Virus record (IMG/VR): IMGVR_UViG_3300045747_000167
Span: 2,037-66,036 of that record
DNA from: a virus
Lineage: Duplodnaviria > Caudoviricetes
Strand: one strand, 5' to 3'
Length of the DNA: 64,000 nt
Positions 18,770 to 29,302 of this stretch are shown here, piece after piece. The notes beneath the pieces are model-generated. The model had not been told where the DNA came from and searched no databases. It worked only from the letters and a program-made list of their open reading frames with translations. The translations under genes were made by a program, and so were the position numbers. The stretch's first letter is position 1, and every line of letters begins with the position of its first letter.

Positions 18770-19174
18770 ATGCAGGCCAACATGATCCCCGTCCGGTACA
18801 TCGGCAACAGCCGCACCTGGACCGATGACCTCTACGGCTCGAACGTGGTCTTCAAGAAGAACCAGGTCAGCCAGACGCCGGACTGGGCCGCCAAGAGCCT
18901 GCTGCGCCACACCGAGTTCGCAGACGCGCGTCCGATCGAGCAGCGCGGCAAGCCGATCATCGCCGACAAGCCCGACGTCCTCACCGAGCACGAGCGCGAG
19001 ATCGACGAGCTGGACAGCCTCGAGCAGCACGCGCAGATCCACACGATGACCAAGGCGCAGCTGGCCGTCTACGCCCAGCGCGCGTTCGGCGTCAAGCTGG
19101 ACGTCACCGACCTCAAGGTCGACGTCGTCCACACGGTGCGCAACCTGATCCGCGCCCGGGGCAGGGTGAACTGA
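18770..19174 (+). CDS. hypothetical structural-region protein
   Basis: GAGGA RBS, high GC3. Confidence 0.65.
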   Translation: MQANMIPVRYIGNSRTWTDDLYGSNVVFKKNQVSQTPDWAAKSLLRHTEFADARPIEQRGKPIIADKPDVLTEHEREIDELDSLEQHAQIHTMTKAQLAVYAQRAFGVKLDVTDLKVDVVHTVRNLIRARGRVN

Positions 19175-19175
19175 C

Positions 19176-19505
19176 ATGGCCTACACGATGCAGAACATCG
19201 TGGACCAGGCCCGCCTGCCGCTCAACGACGCGCGCAAGGCACGGTACAGCGACGCCTACCTGCTGACCTACGCCAACTCGGCGGTCAAGCGCACCTACGA
19301 GCTGCGCCCCGACCTGCTGATCGGCACCGGCTGGGCGGCCTTCACCGACCTGACGCTGGTGGGCACCTTCCCCCTGCCAGACCGCTTCGCCCAGACTGTC
19401 TCCGACTACGTGGGCGGCCGCGCGGAGCTGAAGGACGAGGATGCTTCCTCGCAAGCCCGCGCGCAACAGCTCATGCAGCTGTTTGCCGCGGAGCTGCTTG
19501 CTTGA
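19176..19505 (+). CDS. head-tail adaptor-like protein
   Basis: AR.PLND...RYSD..LL.Y.N...RPDL pattern. Confidence 0.65.
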   Translation: MAYTMQNIVDQARLPLNDARKARYSDAYLLTYANSAVKRTYELRPDLLIGTGWAAFTDLTLVGTFPLPDRFAQTVSDYVGGRAELKDEDASSQARAQQLMQLFAAELLA

Positions 19506-20158
19506 AAGCCTACACCACCCTGCTCGATGACCTGATGCCGGAATTGCCGGGCGCTGAGACTGCGCTCGTGCTGCACCACATCAAGCGGACCTGCAACGAC
19601 TTCTACGAGCGCAGTCTGTACTCGCAGGAGGTGCTCGTTCCAATGAGCGTCGTGGCCGGCACGGCGACCTACAACATCGTCTCGGCCGACCCCTCAAACT
19701 TCGAGTGCGGCAAGGTGCTCGATGTGAAGCTGGTCGACTCGACCAACTCGATCTCCCCGCTGAAGCTGTCCCCGCGCACGCCGGCGCAGCTGAACACCGA
19801 GATGCCTGACTGGGAGAGCCAGACCGGCACGCCGAAGTTCTATACCCAGCGCGCGATCGACCAGATCACCCTGGCCTACGTGCCGGCCGACAGCTACGCA
19901 TCGAGCCTCTACGTGACGATGGCCAAGCTGCCGCTGTACGCCGGCGGTGGGATCGACGACTTCGTCTACGAGAAGTTCGCCGAGGCGCTGGCCGCCGGTG
20001 CCAAGGCACGCCTGATGCGGATGAGCAAGAAGCCGTGGACAGACAAGGTGCAGGCCCGGGAATACATGGCCGAGTTCGATCGGGAGGTGGCAGCCGCCGC
20101 CGTCATCGTTGGCAAGGCCTACGGCAGGGGCAAGCTGCGCGCCCGCGCCTACGGGTGA
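19502..20158 (+). CDS. head-tail adaptor/tail tubular protein
   Basis: GTPKFY, GAKARLMRM..KPW motifs; TTG start overlapping the previous stop. Confidence 0.65.
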   Translation: MKAYTTLLDDLMPELPGAETALVLHHIKRTCNDFYERSLYSQEVLVPMSVVAGTATYNIVSADPSNFECGKVLDVKLVDSTNSISPLKLSPRTPAQLNTEMPDWESQTGTPKFYTQRAIDQITLAYVPADSYASSLYVTMAKLPLYAGGGIDDFVYEKFAEALAAGAKARLMRMSKKPWTDKVQAREYMAEFDREVAAAAVIVGKAYGRGKLRARAYG

Positions 20159-20162
20159 TGCC

Positions 20163-21827
20163 ATGGCCATCGACATCCACAAGTTCGGCGGCGTCGCACC
20201 AGCGCTGACTCCCTGGAAGCTGCCACTGGGCATGGCCCAGATTGCAGAGAACATCAACCCAGACTCGCGCACGGTCAAGCCGTGGAACGACGTCATCGTC
20301 GACGCCACCGGGTTCACTGCCGGCGCCACCACGACCATCTACCGGTTCGGCCGGAGCCTCATATCGGACGTCAGCTACTGGTTCCAGTGGGCCTACGACG
20401 TCGACGTGGTCAAGGGTCCGATCATCGCGGACACCGCAGAGCGCACGTTCTGGACGGGGCAGGGCGCTCCGAAGTGGACCAACTCGACCCTGGCCCTGAC
20501 CAGCGCCCCGTACCCGGCGGCCTACCGCGACCTCGGCGTGACGCGCCCGGTCACGGCGCCCACGATGACGGTCACCGGATCGGCGACCTCGAACGACTAC
20601 CAGGTGGTGGGCTACGCCTACACCAACGTGACGGCCTACGGCGAAGAGTCGGCGCCTTCGGCGATCTGCACCGGCCAGAAGGTCTACTCGGGCCAGACGG
20701 CCAGCTGCAGCGCCTTCGATGCGCTGCCCACCGGCACCGGCTCATGCGTCGCGCGCCGGCTGTACCGCACCGTCACGAGCAGCACCGACACCAACCTGTA
20801 CTTCGTCAAGGAGTCGGCCGACTCGACCGTCATCGACGACGTCGGGACCAACATCGGCGAGGCCATCCAGACCACCGCATGGGATCCGCCTTCGAGCACG
20901 CTGTTCGGCCTTATCGCGATGGCCAACGGGATCCTGATCGGGTTCGACGGCTACGACGTGTGCCCGAGCGCCCAGTACGCCCCCTACGCATGGCCGAGAC
21001 GGTACAAGCTGTCGACCGACTGGCCGATCGTCGGCGGCTGTTCGCTGGGCACGCAGGCGGTGGTCCTCACCTGGGGCAACCCGTACATGCTGTCCGGCAC
21101 CTCGCCGGACTCGCTGACCCTGACGAAGCTGGACACGCCCGAGGCCTGCGTCAGCAAGCGCTCGATCGCCAACATCTCCAGCGAGATGCCGTCCATGACC
21201 GGGACCAACATCCGCGTCGGCACGGTCTTCTACGCCAGTGCGAACGGGCTGTGCTCGATCGACTCCGGCGGCAACGTGCGCAACGTCACCGAGAAGTACT
21301 TCAATCGGGCCGACTGGCAGGCCATGGCGCCGACCTCGATGCAGGGCTTCACCTACAACGGGCGCTACTTCGGCTTCTTCAACACCGGAGCGGTGCAGGG
21401 TGGGTTCTGCTACGACCCGCGGGGCGAAGACGCTGCGGTGACGCTCTTCCCGTTCTACGCGACGGGCGGCTTTGCGGACATCGCGACCGGCCATCTGCAC
21501 CTCCAGGTGGGCACGCAGATCGTTCAGTGGAACGCCGCCGGCACGCCGCTGACGGCGACCTGGCGTTCGGGCGTGATCGAGACGCCGATGCAGACCTACA
21601 AGTTCGCTGCCGTCCTGGCGCGGGCCTACGCCGGCGCAGTCACCTTCCAGCTGTATGCCGACGGCAACCTCATCTGGACCGAGGTCGTGCAGAACGCCCG
21701 GCCGTTCAAGCTGCCGGGCGACGACAAGGCCTTCCAGTGGGAGATCGTGATCACGACCACCTCTGAGGTCTATGAGGTGGTCCTGGCGCGCAGTGCCGAG
21801 GACATGGAACAGGCGGGGAACCAGTGA
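20163..21827 (+). CDS. tail nozzle/stabilisation protein
   Basis: FGGVAP...LP...AQ.AEN N-terminus, YAYT.VT.YGEESAPS, PYAWP, CVSKRSI. Confidence 0.75.
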   Translation: MAIDIHKFGGVAPALTPWKLPLGMAQIAENINPDSRTVKPWNDVIVDATGFTAGATTTIYRFGRSLISDVSYWFQWAYDVDVVKGPIIADTAERTFWTGQGAPKWTNSTLALTSAPYPAAYRDLGVTRPVTAPTMTVTGSATSNDYQVVGYAYTNVTAYGEESAPSAICTGQKVYSGQTASCSAFDALPTGTGSCVARRLYRTVTSSTDTNLYFVKESADSTVIDDVGTNIGEAIQTTAWDPPSSTLFGLIAMANGILIGFDGYDVCPSAQYAPYAWPRRYKLSTDWPIVGGCSLGTQAVVLTWGNPYMLSGTSPDSLTLTKLDTPEACVSKRSIANISSEMPSMTGTNIRVGTVFYASANGLCSIDSGGNVRNVTEKYFNRADWQAMAPTSMQGFTYNGRYFGFFNTGAVQGGFCYDPRGEDAAVTLFPFYATGGFADIATGHLHLQVGTQIVQWNAAGTPLTATWRSGVIETPMQTYKFAAVLARAYAGAVTFQLYADGNLIWTEVVQNARPFKLPGDDKAFQWEIVITTTSEVYEVVLARSAEDMEQAGNQ

Positions 21828-24133
21828 GTGGACTGCCGAGCCTTCCACCCGGCCTGCCGGCAGGCCTCGAGAAGTTCCTCCGCAAGCTAGGGGAGCAGGT
21901 CGAGGTCGCCAACAGCGACCGCGGTTCGCCGCTGAACGCGAAGCCGACGATCCAGGATCTGATCGACATCGGCCTGATCAACGCGAGCACGACCCAGTCG
22001 CTGAAGGCGAACGGCAAGAGCTTCACGCTCGACAACGCATCGAGCTGGTTGTCACCGGCCATGCCGGGCTGGTTCTCAGACCTCGAGAACCCGCCGGCCC
22101 CCAACGGACTGACGGTTGCCATGAACCAGGCCAACATGGTCCTGGCGTGGAACCTCTGGAACAGCGTCTACTACGGGCAGACGCTGGTGTACCGGGCGGA
22201 TTCGAACAACCTCTCGGCCGCGGTGCTGATCGGATCGACGACGGGGAACACCTACGTCGACAACCTGCCGCCGGCTGGCCAGGCCTACTTCTACTGGATC
22301 CGCACCCAGAGCAAGAGCCTGAACACCTCGGACTACAACCTGGTGTCTGGCACGACGGTGGGGAACGTCGCCGGCGCGCCGTCAGTGACGAGTGTGTTCG
22401 ACAGCACCGACGTCGTGCTGAGCTGGCCGACCCCGACCTCAGCCCTGCAGATCAAGTACTACATCATCCGGTACGGCGCCTCGTTCGCTGCTGGCCTGGA
22501 TGTCGGCACCTCGAACACGAACACGCTGCGCCTGACCTGCGCCTTCGGCGGCACGCGGCTGTTCTGGGTGGCCGCGGTCGACATCAATGGGCAGCTCGGG
22601 CTGGCCGGCTCGTGCTCAGTCACGGTGGTGCCACCGAACGCACCAACGGCCACACAGACGATTCAAAACGACTCCCTGGTGCTGTCCTACTCGGCGGCGT
22701 CGATGTCCCTGCCAATCGACTCCTATGAGGTCCGGTACGGCGCCTCGTTCGCCGCGGGCACCACGGTCGGCAAGGGCGTCGGCACTCGCTTCGAGACAGC
22801 CGTCAACTGGACTGGCAACCGAACCTTCTGGGTGGCGGCCTACGACACCGCTGGCAACCAGAGCACCGCCACGCAGGTCATCTTCGCGCCGACCCTGCCA
22901 TCTGCCGTCGCCCTGACCACGCAGGTCGTCGACAACAACGTCCTGCTGTCCTGGACCGCATCCACTGGCTCGCTGTCGGTGGTGTCCTACCTGGTCGATC
23001 GGGGCGGTGTGTCTATCGGGACGATTGCCGGGCGCTTCACGGTGGTCTTCGAGACCGCGGCCGGCACCTACACCTACGGCATCACACCGATCGACAGCGC
23101 GGGCAATACCGGCACGCGCGCGACGACCAGCGCGACCGTGGCGCAGCCGCCCGACTACCAGCTGCAGTCGAACGCGAACTCTGGCTTCTCTGGTGCCGCC
23201 TCTGTCGTGACGATCAGCAACGCGACGCCTGGCGTGGTGACGTGGTTGCAGCAGCCGTTCATGGCCGACACGCCGGTGACCTTCACGACCACCGGCGCGC
23301 TGCCGTCTCCGCTGGTGGCGGGAACCACCTACTACGTCAATAGCCCGGGCACCGACACGTTCCAGCTGGCTGCCACCGTGGGCGGCGCCGCGATCAATAC
23401 GACGACGGCCGGCAGCGGGGTCCACACCGCGTCATCGCGTGGGTTCGACGTCGCCATCGATCCTGCCTCCGGAGGCCTGCTCTGCAACGTCGACACCAAC
23501 GAGACCTGGGCGACGCACTTCACCTCGCGCGGGTGGACCACCATCGACCAGCAGATCGCCGCTGGATACCCCCTGTACACGATCGGCAAGACGACCGGTC
23601 GCTATGCCGAGATCGTCGACTACGGGGCAACCATCTCGGCTGCCAAGGTCACGATGACGCCGACGCTCTACTCGTCGAACGGCACCGTGACCATCACCCC
23701 GACGGTCTCGACGAGCCCGAACTCGACGGTCTGGACCGACTTCGTGGGCGTGTATTCGGCCTACTCGACGGCCTACCGCTACGTCAAGTACATCCTGAAC
23801 ATGACGGCCACGCACGACGGCAGTGGCCTGGCCACGGACACCGCGAGCCTGATCGTGATCCAGCCCCTGAACTACCGGCTGGACGTCAAGCAGCGGACCT
23901 TCCAAGGGATGGTCTCTGCGCTGTCCACCGATGCCGGTGGCACGTCCGTTGACATCACCGGCCAGTTCATCGACGTGGCATCGATCACCGTCTCTGCGCT
24001 GGGGACCACGGCCCTCTTCGTGGTCTACGACTTCGTGGACACGGCCAACCCGACCGCCTTTAAGGTGCTCGTCTTCAATTCGTCCGGCACGCGCGTGAGT
24101 GCGACCGTGAGCTACACCCTTCGAGGAGTCTGA
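21824..24133 (+). CDS. tail protein with FN3-like repeats
   Basis: Repeated YExRYG...FWVAAxDxxG modules. Confidence 0.72.
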   Translation: MSGLPSLPPGLPAGLEKFLRKLGEQVEVANSDRGSPLNAKPTIQDLIDIGLINASTTQSLKANGKSFTLDNASSWLSPAMPGWFSDLENPPAPNGLTVAMNQANMVLAWNLWNSVYYGQTLVYRADSNNLSAAVLIGSTTGNTYVDNLPPAGQAYFYWIRTQSKSLNTSDYNLVSGTTVGNVAGAPSVTSVFDSTDVVLSWPTPTSALQIKYYIIRYGASFAAGLDVGTSNTNTLRLTCAFGGTRLFWVAAVDINGQLGLAGSCSVTVVPPNAPTATQTIQNDSLVLSYSAASMSLPIDSYEVRYGASFAAGTTVGKGVGTRFETAVNWTGNRTFWVAAYDTAGNQSTATQVIFAPTLPSAVALTTQVVDNNVLLSWTASTGSLSVVSYLVDRGGVSIGTIAGRFTVVFETAAGTYTYGITPIDSAGNTGTRATTSATVAQPPDYQLQSNANSGFSGAASVVTISNATPGVVTWLQQPFMADTPVTFTTTGALPSPLVAGTTYYVNSPGTDTFQLAATVGGAAINTTTAGSGVHTASSRGFDVAIDPASGGLLCNVDTNETWATHFTSRGWTTIDQQIAAGYPLYTIGKTTGRYAEIVDYGATISAAKVTMTPTLYSSNGTVTITPTVSTSPNSTVWTDFVGVYSAYSTAYRYVKYILNMTATHDGSGLATDTASLIVIQPLNYRLDVKQRTFQGMVSALSTDAGGTSVDITGQFIDVASITVSALGTTALFVVYDFVDTANPTAFKVLVFNSSGTRVSATVSYTLRGV

Positions 24134-24134
24134 G

Positions 24135-25925
24135 ATGGCTGACTTTGCCACCCTGTCGAGCGCGACCAACTACCTGACCCTGCTGGCCTCGATCAGCGAC
24201 CGGGACAAGGATCTCGCATTCGCGCTCGACCCCGCCAGCACGACCGTCACCACGCCACCGACCAACGCGGTGCGCTACAACAGCGCGAACAAGCGGTGGG
24301 AGAAGTACAACGGCAGCTCGTGGGCCGAGCTGATCGTTGCCGCCACCGACGCCTTCGCCATGACGGTGACCGGCCTGCGCACCGGTACGCTGTACGGCAC
24401 CACGACGAACTCGGGCACGATCTCTGGCGGCACGGTGAACGTCACTACGCTGCAGGCCGGCGGGTCGAACGCATGGACCGCGGCGAGCCTGGTCAACGTC
24501 AGCCAGCTGACCAACGACTCGGGCTACCTGACCTCCGCATCGCTGGGCGCGTACCTGACCACCGCGGCTGCCGCGACGACCTACGCTGCCCTGGCCGGCG
24601 CCACCTTCACCGGCAACGTCGGCATCGGTGTCGCGCCCTCGTACCGGCTGGACATCCAGGGGGCGTCGACCGCCTTCGCAGCGCTGCGCGCCACCATCGG
24701 GAACATGGCCGGGATCGCGCTGGCAGGCAATGCCAACACCCCGTTCTCTGGCTCGTTCGACCTGGAGCAGGATGCCACCGCGGCCTACGTCTGGAACCGT
24801 GCAAATACCGCACTGCTCTTCGCCACCAACAACGCGCAGCGCATGCAGGTCGACAGCAGCGGCAACTTGTGCCTCGGCACGACATCGTCCACTGGGGCCA
24901 GATTCTCTGTTGACGATGGAGGCGGGTCACTCATTGCCAACCTGAACAGCACCCACGCAAACGGCGGCTACATCCGGGTCCAAAAATCCGGCACTTCGAT
25001 CGGCGATATTGGAGCGGGCGCCCAGGTGGTTTCCGGTGGTGGCGCCAGCGACTTCGGCATCAATACCCGCGGCGTGAACAACCTGATCTTGGGCACGAAC
25101 TCCGTTGAGCGGATGCGGGTCGATGGAAGCGGGAACGTTGGAATCGCCACCACAACTGCCATTGGCAGCGTGAAGCTGAACGTGGCTGGCGGCATCAACT
25201 CGACCGGCCTGAACGCCAGTGGGACTGGTGGATTCTTCAACTCTTCCAACAAGTTCGGCGTCGACAACAATGCCGGCCAGACGCGCCTGTACTCAAGCGG
25301 ACCCAACTCGGCGACGCGGGGTTCGTACGACTTCCGCATCACCGACTCTGTCGGGTCGCTGGACGCCTCCGCGATGGTGATCGATGCCAGCGGCAACGTC
25401 GGCATCGGCACAACTGGCGGCACCAGCAGGCTCGACATCGACAGCGCGGCAGCCGTGCTTGTGACGAAGTTGAACAGCACAGCAGCGAACGGACCGTACG
25501 CTCGCTTTGACAAGTCCAGTGTTCCGGTCGGCGACATCGGGACCGGCGCCAACCTGGTCTCCGGCGGTGGCGCCAGTGACTTCGGCATCAACGTGCGCGG
25601 CACGAACAACCTGCTGTTCGGCGCCAACTCCGTCGAGCGCATGCGTATCACCGGCGCCGGCAAGGTCGGCATCGGCATGACTCCGACGACCTATGCGCTC
25701 GAGGTCAGCGGTGATGTGCAGGCCACCAACTTCCGCGGCGCCGTTGTCGGCAACGTGACAGGCAACGTGACAGGCTCGAGCGGCAGCTGCACGGGTAACG
25801 CGGCCACCGCCAGCGCGGTGACCTGGGCCAACGTCAGCAGCAAGCCGATCAACTCGATCACCACGACGACTTCGACCTCGACGCCCACTGGTGGCGTGTC
25901 GGGCGACATCGTCTTCCAGTACTAA
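24135..25925 (+). CDS. tail fibre protein
   Basis: Repeated ERMRxDxSGNVGIGT fibre motifs; internal duplicated module. Confidence 0.8.
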   Translation: MADFATLSSATNYLTLLASISDRDKDLAFALDPASTTVTTPPTNAVRYNSANKRWEKYNGSSWAELIVAATDAFAMTVTGLRTGTLYGTTTNSGTISGGTVNVTTLQAGGSNAWTAASLVNVSQLTNDSGYLTSASLGAYLTTAAAATTYAALAGATFTGNVGIGVAPSYRLDIQGASTAFAALRATIGNMAGIALAGNANTPFSGSFDLEQDATAAYVWNRANTALLFATNNAQRMQVDSSGNLCLGTTSSTGARFSVDDGGGSLIANLNSTHANGGYIRVQKSGTSIGDIGAGAQVVSGGGASDFGINTRGVNNLILGTNSVERMRVDGSGNVGIATTTAIGSVKLNVAGGINSTGLNASGTGGFFNSSNKFGVDNNAGQTRLYSSGPNSATRGSYDFRITDSVGSLDASAMVIDASGNVGIGTTGGTSRLDIDSAAAVLVTKLNSTAANGPYARFDKSSVPVGDIGTGANLVSGGGASDFGINVRGTNNLLFGANSVERMRITGAGKVGIGMTPTTYALEVSGDVQATNFRGAVVGNVTGNVTGSSGSCTGNAATASAVTWANVSSKPINSITTTTSTSTPTGGVSGDIVFQY

Positions 25926-25928
25926 GCC

Positions 25929-26465
25929 ATGGCTGCCAACTACTGGATGAACGACGCGGGCACCTGGCGCAAGGCCGTCCAGGTGTACCTCAACGACTCA
26001 GGAACCTGGCGCAAGGCGAAGGCGATCTGGTTCAACGATGGCGGCACCTGGCGCAAGGTCTTCAGCGGCTTCACCGCCAACGCCTTCTCGGTGTTCAATG
26101 CGCTGGCTCAGACCTCCGATGGCCTGGGCAGCAAGCAAGCGACATGCAGCTTCAATTCCGACGGCACATTCTCGGTGGCCTGCACGACCATCGGACTGAC
26201 GTTCAACGACAACTGGGGCCTGCCAACGACCACCGGGATTGGCTCATCATGGTCCATCAAGGTGACAGTCACGTCGGGCGCGTTCAGCTTGTCTGGCACC
26301 ACCGGCTCATGGGTCAGCCTGGCGAGCGCATGGACCGCGTTCAAGAGTGGCACCACCGCCTCCAGCTCGGTGACGTTCACCGTCGAGTTCTCACCTGATG
26401 GCGGTGCAACGACAGCATTGACCGTGACCGGGTGCAGCCTTGCCTACAACTCTTCACCGGCCTAA
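25929..26465 (+). CDS. tail fibre tip/adhesin-like protein
   Basis: Three N-terminal NDxGTWRK repeats, follows fibre. Confidence 0.6.
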   Translation: MAANYWMNDAGTWRKAVQVYLNDSGTWRKAKAIWFNDGGTWRKVFSGFTANAFSVFNALAQTSDGLGSKQATCSFNSDGTFSVACTTIGLTFNDNWGLPTTTGIGSSWSIKVTVTSGAFSLSGTTGSWVSLASAWTAFKSGTTASSSVTFTVEFSPDGGATTALTVTGCSLAYNSSPA

Positions 26466-26478
26466 GCCAGGGGCACAC

Positions 26479-27000
26479 ATGACCTTGACCATCCTGGGCG
26501 GCGCCCTCAAGCCGAAGGTCCACGACGGCGTGCCGATCGACCAGATCTACGGCATCGATGCGCTCGGCAACTACGTCGGACTGGTGCCGGCGGCGATGGC
26601 TGCATCCGCGGCCTGTTGCCCGCCGCCGAAGTCTGGCGAGTGGCGCTGGGATGGTGCGGCATGGCAGCCGTACCTGAACATCGAGGCCCAGATCCTGGCC
26701 ATCGAGGCGGAACGCGATGCGAAGCTGAATGCCGGCGTGCAGTGGAATGGGTTCGGTTGGTACACGGACGACCTCTTCCAGCAGCAGCTGGCGGCCTACC
26801 TGCAGTCCTTCTCCGAGGGGATCCTTCCCGTCGGATCCACCGTGATGATCCGGCGCGACGATGGCGTCGTGGTGCCGCTCACGCGGGACGACCTGCGCGC
26901 GCTGGCCGGCTCCGTCCTGGCCTACGTCCAGGGAGTCTGGCAGTGGAGCTGGAACCGGAAGGCGCAAGTCAGGGCCCAACCGTCCCCCCCGGGACCATAG
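26479..27000 (+). CDS. tail fibre assembly protein (DUF4376-like)
   Basis: WRWDGAAW, ERDAKLNAGV.W.G pattern. Confidence 0.6.
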   Translation: MTLTILGGALKPKVHDGVPIDQIYGIDALGNYVGLVPAAMAASAACCPPPKSGEWRWDGAAWQPYLNIEAQILAIEAERDAKLNAGVQWNGFGWYTDDLFQQQLAAYLQSFSEGILPVGSTVMIRRDDGVVVPLTRDDLRALAGSVLAYVQGVWQWSWNRKAQVRAQPSPPGP

Positions 27001-27017
27001 CGGGTGAGAGTGCCCGC

Positions 27018-27167
27018 ATGGACGAACTCACGCTCAAGCTGCCGCGCGCACACGTCGAACTGTTGATGGCCCTGCTGACGCAGACGCCGCTGCCGTTCAC
27101 CCAGTCTGCGCCGGTGATCGAAGCCATCGGCAAGCAGGTCCAGGCGCAGGCCCCGCAGGAGTCCTGA
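27018..27167 (+). CDS. small hypothetical protein
   Basis: 49 aa, LLxxxPLPFxQSAPVIxxIxxQ pattern common after tail fibres. Confidence 0.55.
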   Translation: MDELTLKLPRAHVELLMALLTQTPLPFTQSAPVIEAIGKQVQAQAPQES

Positions 27168-27168
27168 C

Positions 27169-27528
27169 GTGCAGGAAGCCGCCTCGCGCCGCGAGCTGAT
27201 GGCGATGTGGCGGCACCTGATCGAACCGGTGCTGCTCGACGGCATCCAGCCGATCCAGTGGGACGAGGCGCTGCAGCTCAATGCGCGCGTGACGTCGCAG
27301 CGAGAGTCGGTCCTGATGACGGTCGACGGTGATCTGGGCGACTCGCGCGTGAGGACTGTGGTGGTGGCGGCCGGCGACATGCATGACGTGTGCGACCTGG
27401 TGGCTGAGATGGAAGACGACGCTCGTGCGTGCGGCTGCAAGAAGGTCTTGTATGTCGGCCGCCAGGGCTGGCACCGGGTGATGCCCGGCTACAAGGTTGC
27501 CGCCGTGATTGGCGCGAAGGAGCTGTGA
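27169..27528 (+). CDS. GNAT-like tail-region protein
   Basis: ARACGC...GRQGW.RV pattern; precedes ejection proteins. Confidence 0.55.
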   Translation: MQEAASRRELMAMWRHLIEPVLLDGIQPIQWDEALQLNARVTSQRESVLMTVDGDLGDSRVRTVVVAAGDMHDVCDLVAEMEDDARACGCKKVLYVGRQGWHRVMPGYKVAAVIGAKEL

Positions 27529-27529
27529 C

Positions 27530-29302
27530 ATGGGCGGCATTGTTAGCGGGATCCTCAACGCAGTCGGGCTGATCCCCGACGCGCCCGACATGACGCCTGT
27601 GGCCAACGCCACGGCGCAGGCATCCGATCTGGCCGCCAAGACGGCGCAGCAGCAGCTCGACTTCGCCAAGCAGCAGTACGCCGACCAGAAGCCGCTGGTG
27701 GACGCCGCCGGCAAGGCTGCGCTGGCGTCGAACGCGCAGGACCAGGCCATCGCCAAGCAGGCCGCCGAGCGCTCGCAGACCGCCTGGACGCAGAACCAGA
27801 ACGCGACGCAGGGTGCCGTCGGGCAGATGGGCCTCAACGCCCTCGGCGCCCAGTACCTCAACCCTGAGCAGACGTCCCAGCTACAGGCCGCGCAGGCCGT
27901 CCTGGCCAACCCAGCCGCCACGCCCGAGCAGCGCACCGCGGCGCAGTCGCAGCTGGCCGCCCTGCAGAAGGCGGCCGAGACCGCCGGCATCGGCCTGGAG
28001 CAGGCCAAGGGCACGAACCTGGTGAACACTGCGCAGGGGCAGGCCGATCAGGTCAACTCAGCCTTCGGTACGAACGCCACCGCCACCAAGCAGGGCGGCA
28101 CCGACTATGCCTCCGGCCTGGCAGACATCGGCTCGAAGTTCGGCACCCAGGCGATCGGCATCGGCGAGCAGGATGCGCAGGCCGCGCTCGACAACGCAGA
28201 CACGATCGGCGGCCAGCTGCAGTCGATCGCCAAGCAGCGTGCCGCCGACTTCGAGAAGAACGCCGGCACGCAAGCGAACGCAGACATCGCGAACTCGGCA
28301 GACCAGGCGAACCGGCAGCTGTTGCGCCTGGGTGGCGACCCGAACAAGATGGCCGCCATGGGCGCCGACATCGCGAACTCGCAGCAGCTCGCGCGGATCG
28401 GCTCCGGCAATCAGGTCGCCAGCATCAACATCGCGAACCTGAACGCAGCCGACGACAAGGCGCTGGGCCTCAAGTCCTCGGCGCTGGATGCGGCGCGCGC
28501 GTCCCGCACCCAGGCGAAGGAGACGGCGCTCGGGATGAACCTGAACGCGGCGCAGGGCGGCCTGTCCGCGGTGACCAGCGCCAACCAGTCGGCCGCCGAC
28601 AAGACGCTGCAGGGCAATACCACCGGCCAGAGCCTGACATTCAACGCGCAGAACCAGGCCAACTCGCTCAACAACAACGCCAAGGACAAGGTCGATGCTG
28701 GCCTGAACTCGCTGCAGCAGGGTGCCGCGAACTACGGCGCCGGCTTCGCGAACACCTCTGGGCAGAACGCGCAGAACGCTGTCGTGGCCGGCACGGCTGG
28801 CGTCAACGGCCTGGCGACGGCGGTGAACAGCGGCAACCAGACCACCAGCACCACGCTGGGCGGCATGAACGGCGGCATGACTGCGGCGCAGATCCAGAAC
28901 ACCGGCGCGCTGGGGCTGGCGAACGCGAACACCAACCAGTACAACGCCGAGGCGAACGCCATCAACGGCGCCGTCAAGAACATCGCCGGGATGATTGGCA
29001 CCAACCCGACCACCGGGATCGTCAGCGACAAGAAGGCAAAGAAGAACCGCAAGCCGGTGGATGACGACGCCGCGCTGGAGGGCCTGGAGGCTGTTGCCCC
29101 CGAGAGCTGGTCCTACAAGAAGGGCGTGGCAGATGGCGGCAAGCATGTCGGCCCGATGGCCCAGGACATGAACGAAGAGTTCGGCGAGCAGGTCGCACCC
29201 GGCGGCAAGCAGATCGACGTCATCTCGAACCTCGGCCTGCACCACGCTGCCATTCGCGCGCTGGCCAAGAAGGTCGGCCACCTGGAGCGGAGACGCGCAT
29301 GA
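27530..29302 (+). CDS. DNA ejection protein with C-terminal peptidase S74-like domain
   Basis: A/Q/G/N-rich body; SDKKAK.N...WSYK...HVGPMAQD. Confidence 0.75.
   Translation: MGGIVSGILNAVGLIPDAPDMTPVANATAQASDLAAKTAQQQLDFAKQQYADQKPLVDAAGKAALASNAQDQAIAKQAAERSQTAWTQNQNATQGAVGQMGLNALGAQYLNPEQTSQLQAAQAVLANPAATPEQRTAAQSQLAALQKAAETAGIGLEQAKGTNLVNTAQGQADQVNSAFGTNATATKQGGTDYASGLADIGSKFGTQAIGIGEQDAQAALDNADTIGGQLQSIAKQRAADFEKNAGTQANADIANSADQANRQLLRLGGDPNKMAAMGADIANSQQLARIGSGNQVASINIANLNAADDKALGLKSSALDAARASRTQAKETALGMNLNAAQGGLSAVTSANQSAADKTLQGNTTGQSLTFNAQNQANSLNNNAKDKVDAGLNSLQQGAANYGAGFANTSGQNAQNAVVAGTAGVNGLATAVNSGNQTTSTTLGGMNGGMTAAQIQNTGALGLANANTNQYNAEANAINGAVKNIAGMIGTNPTTGIVSDKKAKKNRKPVDDDAALEGLEAVAPESWSYKKGVADGGKHVGPMAQDMNEEFGEQVAPGGKQIDVISNLGLHHAAIRALAKKVGHLERRRA

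Noticed and set aside
9069-25925. Diversity-generating retroelement suggested by duplicated segments
   Set aside because: No reverse transcriptase in the window; differences between copies are synonymous or not adenine-specific
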